Source: Schaalia meyeri
GTDB lineage: Bacteria; Actinomycetota; Actinomycetes; Actinomycetales; Actinomycetaceae
DNA: 32,000 bases
NCBI RefSeq assembly: GCF_900105015.1
Contig: NZ_FNLK01000005.1
Span: 330,001 to 362,000, forward strand
Direction of reading: 5' to 3'
The position numbers and the translations under genes are program-made. The notes beneath the pieces are model-generated. The model was given only the letters and a program-made list of their open reading frames with translations. It had not been told where the DNA came from and did no database searches. Below are positions 28,518-32,000 of this stretch, one piece after another. Every line of letters starts with the position of its first letter. The first letter of the stretch is position 1.

Positions 28518-29039
28518 ATGAGACTGCTATCCCTTCGCGCTCTGCGCGCGCACGGCCTGATCATCGCCTGCCTCCTGTCCGTCCTCATGCTTGCCTGCTC
28601 GCCTGCGACCAGCCACGCCGACCGGGAAAGCCGGTGGCAGTGGCCAACGGGGACACCCGTGCCCGTCGTGTCCTCCTTCGCTCCGCCCGCCCAGGACTGG
28701 CTTCCCGGGCGCAGGGGCGTCACGCTCGCCTACCCGGAGGGCTCCCCCGTCTATGCCTGCGCCCCCGGCACGGTCTCCTTTGCGGGGTCGATTGCTGGGC
28801 GCGGCGTCGTCTCGATCCGCCACACGGATGGTGCGCGCACGCTCTGGTCCACGTACCTCCCCATTAACCCAAGCGTCAGCGTCGGCGACCAGGTCGACAA
28901 GGGAGGGGTTATCGGCGTCGTCGAAGACGGTTCTTCAACGCTGCATTGGGGCGCCAAGACCGGCCCCAAAACGTACGTCAATCCGCTGCGGCTTACGCTC
29001 GACCGCCCACACTTGCTGCCCTGGGAGGGCTCCCGCTGA
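28518..29039 (+). CDS. Secreted M23/LytM-domain protein, catalytic residues apparently degenerate
   Basis: Start at ATG 28518 gives a signal peptide MRLLSLRALRAHGLIIACLLSVLMLACSPATSHA. The LytM-domain blocks are LPGRRGVTLAYPEGSPVYACAPGTVSFAG, GVVSIRH and VGDQVDKGGVIGVV..GSSTLHWG. It holds the same position next to rpsB as the mycobacterial M23 gene. Confidence 0.7.
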   Translation: MRLLSLRALRAHGLIIACLLSVLMLACSPATSHADRESRWQWPTGTPVPVVSSFAPPAQDWLPGRRGVTLAYPEGSPVYACAPGTVSFAGSIAGRGVVSIRHTDGARTLWSTYLPINPSVSVGDQVDKGGVIGVVEDGSSTLHWGAKTGPKTYVNPLRLTLDRPHLLPWEGSR

Positions 29040-29070
29040 CGCGTTACCGCCCGCGACGTGCGCATCTGCG

Positions 29071-29982
29071 TCACGCGCGCGGGTGAGCCCGCTGGTAGAT
29101 CGCGCTCAATCGAGCACTATCGACGTGGGTGTATCGCTGCGTCGTCGACAGCGAGGCGTGCCCGAGCATTTCCTGTACCGCCCGTAAGTCGGCACCACCT
29201 TGCAGGAGATGTGTCGCCGTCGAGTGCCGAAGCCCGTGCGGAGCGATATCGTGTACACCCGCGCGCGCCGCCATCTTATGAACCATAGAGCGAACGACCC
29301 GGGGGTCGATGCGCCCGCCCTTGTCCCCCAGGAACAGCGCGTCGCCGCTCAGTGGCCCCGTAAGCTGCGGCCGCGCACACTCCAACCAATGATCGAGCGC
29401 GTCAGCGGCTGGCGGACCATAGGGCACGACCCTTTCCTTACCCCCTTTACCCATGACGCGAACGGTGAGGGCCTCGCGATTGAGGGATGCCACATCCAAC
29501 GCACACACCTCGGACACCCTCAGACCGCACGCGTAGGTCAGTTCGAGGATCGCCCAGCTGCGTACCTGGGACGGGCCCGCGTCGAGTGCCTCATCGCGCG
29601 CATAGTTGAGCAACGTTCGCGCATCCGACTGGTCCAGCGGCGTCGGCAACCGCTGATCTGCCCGCGGGCTCGTCAGCAGTGCCGCAGGGTCCGCAGCAAG
29701 GATCTGTTCGCGTGTCGCCCACGCGGTGAAGTTACGGACCGCAGCTATATGGCGCGCGATCGTTGACCGGGCTCCGCCACGCGCCAGCGTATGCGCCAAC
29801 CACGACCGAATGCCTCGTTGCGTGAGAGACACTCGCAGCTGCGAGGCAGAGGCATGCCACCCCGGCCCCAAGAAATCAAGGAGCAAACGCAGATCACCAA
29901 GATACGCCTCGATGGTGTGGACACTCATCCGCCGACTATGACGCAGGTAGTCACCCCAACGATCGCCCGCACATGTGGTCAT
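29071..29982 (-). CDS. xerC: Tyrosine recombinase XerC
   Basis: SVHTIEAYLGDL lies in the N-domain. ARDEALLELTYACGLRVSE-type, HGLRHSTATHLL, GADLRAVQEMLGHASLSTTQRYTH carries the catalytic RHRH and Tyr. The first in-frame ATG at 29982 is preferred; TTG 30042 would overlap dprA. Confidence 0.9.
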   Translation of the reverse strand: MTTCAGDRWGDYLRHSRRMSVHTIEAYLGDLRLLLDFLGPGWHASASQLRVSLTQRGIRSWLAHTLARGGARSTIARHIAAVRNFTAWATREQILAADPAALLTSPRADQRLPTPLDQSDARTLLNYARDEALDAGPSQVRSWAILELTYACGLRVSEVCALDVASLNREALTVRVMGKGGKERVVPYGPPAADALDHWLECARPQLTGPLSGDALFLGDKGGRIDPRVVRSMVHKMAARAGVHDIAPHGLRHSTATHLLQGGADLRAVQEMLGHASLSTTQRYTHVDSARLSAIYQRAHPRA

Positions 29983-29989
29983 GTCAGCA

Positions 29990-31168
29990 TCATAAGGTCT
30001 CCCCCCTGCTCTTGCGTGACCATCCTCGCGTTGAGCTGGCAACCAGTCCCGCGACGGCCAATTCCATGAGCGCTCGGTTCACCTCGTCGCGACCAAGGCC
30101 CGCAGCGACGCAGATCGAGCCGATGCCCGCTGGCGCGTTACGCGGCAGCGCTTCCCACACCCTGCGCTGAACTGGTTCCAACGCGTCGACCCCGTGGTCT
30201 TGTTCGACGGGCATCCCAAACAACGGTGCGTTCTCATCAGTCCCTATCGGCCCCGCTAGCTCCGCCGCATCGCGGCCATCGCGAACAATCGTCGCTCCGT
30301 TCCGTGCCAGTTCGAGGCATCCCACCGACATCGGTGCATCAACCGACCCGGGTACGGCCCCCAGCTGGCGCCCGCATTCCATGGCCCACCTGGCGGTCGC
30401 CAATGCGCCGGAGCGCGCCCCGGCCTCGACGACGATGGTCGCTGCGCTCCACGCCGCGATCAGCCTGTTTCGAGTAAGAAAACGCCACTTCGCCGGCCTG
30501 GCCGTAGGCGCTACCTCCGAAACCAAAGCGCCGCCGGAGCGGATGACCGCGCGAAAGTCCTCCCCGTGACAGGAGGGATATGGGTTTAACACTCCCCCAG
30601 CGAGGACACAAATCGTCTTCCCCCCTCCTGCCATGGCTCCCCTGTGCGCTTCGATGTCAATGCCGATCGCGCCCCCCGATACGACGCAGTATCCCGCGCC
30701 CGCCAGGTAGTACGCCATGTTCCGCGCGCATCGTCCTCCCGCTCCCGTCGACGCGCGCGCCCCGACGATCGAGACGTGAGAGTCGCTGCAAGGGCGGGTC
30801 GGAAGCGACCCGAGAAACCACAGCCCCAGGGGTTCGTTGTCGCCAAGGCAACCCAGCTGTGTCGGCCACCTCGGGTCCGACGCAGTGACGAAGCCGCCAC
30901 CCGTCCGTTCGACGCGTTCGTAATCGCGGTCAATATCGACCGCCAGTGCCCTCTCGCGCCACCTATTCCACTGCTGGAACCAGTCGACGTTGGAGTGGAG
31001 GGTCAATTGCGCGGGAAGCGAGCCCCCTCGCCCCTGGAGCCAGAGGCGCCCCTCCCGATCTCCCAGCGTCGTGCGAACAATGCGGGCGCAAGGATCGGCC
31101 GGCTCGGCGATCGCCGACCACCACGCGGCCTCTCGCGTATCACTGTCAATCATCATGATCGTGTCCAT
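29990..31168 (-). CDS. dprA: DNA-processing protein DprA (Smf)
   Basis: 392 aa. The Rossmann-like core is IVGARASTGAG......YLAGAGYCVVSGGAIGIDIEAHRGA followed by ICVLAGGV...YP. The start overlaps the upstream gene by 23 nt. Confidence 0.9.
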   Translation of the reverse strand: MDTIMMIDSDTREAAWWSAIAEPADPCARIVRTTLGDREGRLWLQGRGGSLPAQLTLHSNVDWFQQWNRWRERALAVDIDRDYERVERTGGGFVTASDPRWPTQLGCLGDNEPLGLWFLGSLPTRPCSDSHVSIVGARASTGAGGRCARNMAYYLAGAGYCVVSGGAIGIDIEAHRGAMAGGGKTICVLAGGVLNPYPSCHGEDFRAVIRSGGALVSEVAPTARPAKWRFLTRNRLIAAWSAATIVVEAGARSGALATARWAMECGRQLGAVPGSVDAPMSVGCLELARNGATIVRDGRDAAELAGPIGTDENAPLFGMPVEQDHGVDALEPVQRRVWEALPRNAPAGIGSICVAAGLGRDEVNRALMELAVAGLVASSTRGWSRKSRGETL

Positions 31169-32000
31169 TTCTCAGCTGCTGTGCAGCAACGATGTGGTCA
31201 AGGGTGACCCGCTCACAGCCCTCAAGGTCCGCCAGCGTCCACGCGAGACGCAGCATGCGGTCGATGCCACGCATTGATGAGGTGCCTGCCTCAACGAGGC
31301 GATCAAGCTGTGTGACAAGCTCGGGGGAGATCCCGGAGCGCCTGCGGATCCAGGAACCCGGGAGCTGAGCGTTGAGGGTCCACGGTGTCTCCCGGAGTCG
31401 ACGACGGGTGCGTTCACGAGCCTCAAGCACCCGTTCGCGGATCGACGCCGAGTCGCGGACCTGTCCGGAAGCCATATCCGCCCTGCTGGGAGTGTGAACG
31501 TCGATCCTGATGTCCATTCGATCCAGCAAAGGACCCGACAAGCGTGCAAGATAGCGCCGCCTGCTCACGGAGGAGCACGTACACCTGCGTCCGCCGCGTC
31601 GTCCGCCACACGGACACGGATTGGAAGCCATGATTAGCTGGAATGACGCTGGATACATCGTACGTACTCCGGACCGATGCAGGTGTATCACTCCCGATTC
31701 GAGCGGCTCGCGCAAGGAATCGAGAACAGAGGGCGCAAACTCCGCGGCCTCGTCCAAGAATAGGATGCCCCCGTGCGCGAGCGAGGCGGCCCCGGGACTC
31801 AGCATCCGCGAACCGCCACCGATCAGCGCGGGCATCGTCACCGAATGATGAGGTGCCTGGAAGGGCGGCCGCGTCACCAGAGCCATACCCGCGGGAACCA
31901 AGCCAGCCACCGAGTGGAGCGACGTGGTAACCAGGGCGGTATCCGGATCCAGATCCGGCAGGATCGTCGGCAGGCGGGATGCCAGCATCGTCTTTCCAGA
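31146..32000 (-). CDS. YifB/ComM-family Mg-chelatase-like AAA+ ATPase, C-terminal ~284 aa (5' end outside the window)
   Basis: The reading frame runs to the window edge (…SGKTMLASRLP is the end of Walker A). GILFLDEAAEF is Walker B, followed by PCPCGG...C.C and the C-terminal ChlI-like domain. Confidence 0.85.
   Translation of the reverse strand, partial: SGKTMLASRLPTILPDLDPDTALVTTSLHSVAGLVPAGMALVTRPPFQAPHHSVTMPALIGGGSRMLSPGAASLAHGGILFLDEAAEFAPSVLDSLREPLESGVIHLHRSGVRTMYPASFQLIMASNPCPCGGRRGGRRCTCSSVSRRRYLARLSGPLLDRMDIRIDVHTPSRADMASGQVRDSASIRERVLEARERTRRRLRETPWTLNAQLPGSWIRRRSGISPELVTQLDRLVEAGTSSMRGIDRMLRLAWTLADLEGCERVTLDHIVAAQQLRNGHDHDD

Noticed and set aside
29999-30006. C7/G7 homopolymer at the dprA 3' end, just upstream of xerC, and a T7 run in the proS 5' codons (near 16916-16922), both considered as possible slippage or phase-variation tracts
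   Set aside because: The runs are short. The dprA run would alter only the last few residues, and the proS run encodes the conserved FFL of an essential gene. There is no evidence of phase-variable function.
1-32000. Whole-window search for a defence, mobile or biosynthetic system (CRISPR repeats, IS ends, transposase or integrase, phage genes, TA pairs, restriction-modification, GC-skewed island)
   Set aside because: Every ORF with coding-like properties is assignable to a conserved housekeeping family or is a small hypothetical. No repeat arrays, terminal inverted repeats or compositional breaks were seen apart from promoter-sized AT-rich patches. xerC is the chromosomal dimer-resolution recombinase in its usual dprA/comM context, not a mobile-element integrase.

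Overview
High-GC (roughly mid-60s %) actinobacterial chromosome segment. The gene order matches the conserved core synteny of Actinomycetales, and an Actinomyces/Schaalia-like origin is my unverified guess. I read 31 protein genes (2 truncated by the window edges), RNase P RNA and tRNA-Val(TAC). On the + strand or in mixed orientation the order is: map (3' end), ppgK, rnpB(-), a GH29 alpha-L-fucosidase, a COG1579 coiled-coil protein(-), nif3(-), lipB-lipA, ndh, tRNA-Val(-), DUF3052(-), aceE, aspA(-), an ACP-like protein(-) and DUF3145(-). A ~13.5 kb uninterrupted minus-strand array follows. In transcription order it is rpsB-tsf | pyrH-frr-cdsA-rlmN-(2 DivIVA-domain proteins)-dxr-M50 site-2 protease-ispG-(2 small envelope proteins)-proS-def. 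The window ends with an M23/LytM-like gene (+) and xerC-dprA-comM/yifB (-). Most gene junctions are tight or overlapping (TGATG, ATGA, GTGA, TTGA). The long shadow ORFs in the track are antisense artefacts of high GC3. I see no CRISPR array, IS element, transposase, prophage, integrase beyond housekeeping xerC, toxin-antitoxin pair or recognisable defence or biosynthetic island. My honest reading is that this is an ordinary housekeeping region, not an accessory island, and I could not find a convincing novel multi-gene system. The observations most worth a second look are single-gene or regulatory oddities: (1) an orphan ACP-fold protein with Asp at the canonical phosphopantetheine serine position, coupled to DUF3145; (2) two tandem proteins made only of DivIVA N-terminal-domain repeats, wedged into the rlmN-dxr operon; (3) a secreted M23/LytM protein with substituted catalytic and metal residues; (4) a COG1579 protein that has lost all four zinc-ribbon cysteines; (5) a structured rpsB leader and a few small operator-like repeats. 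All homology calls come from reading the translations by eye and recalling family motifs. No database search was run.
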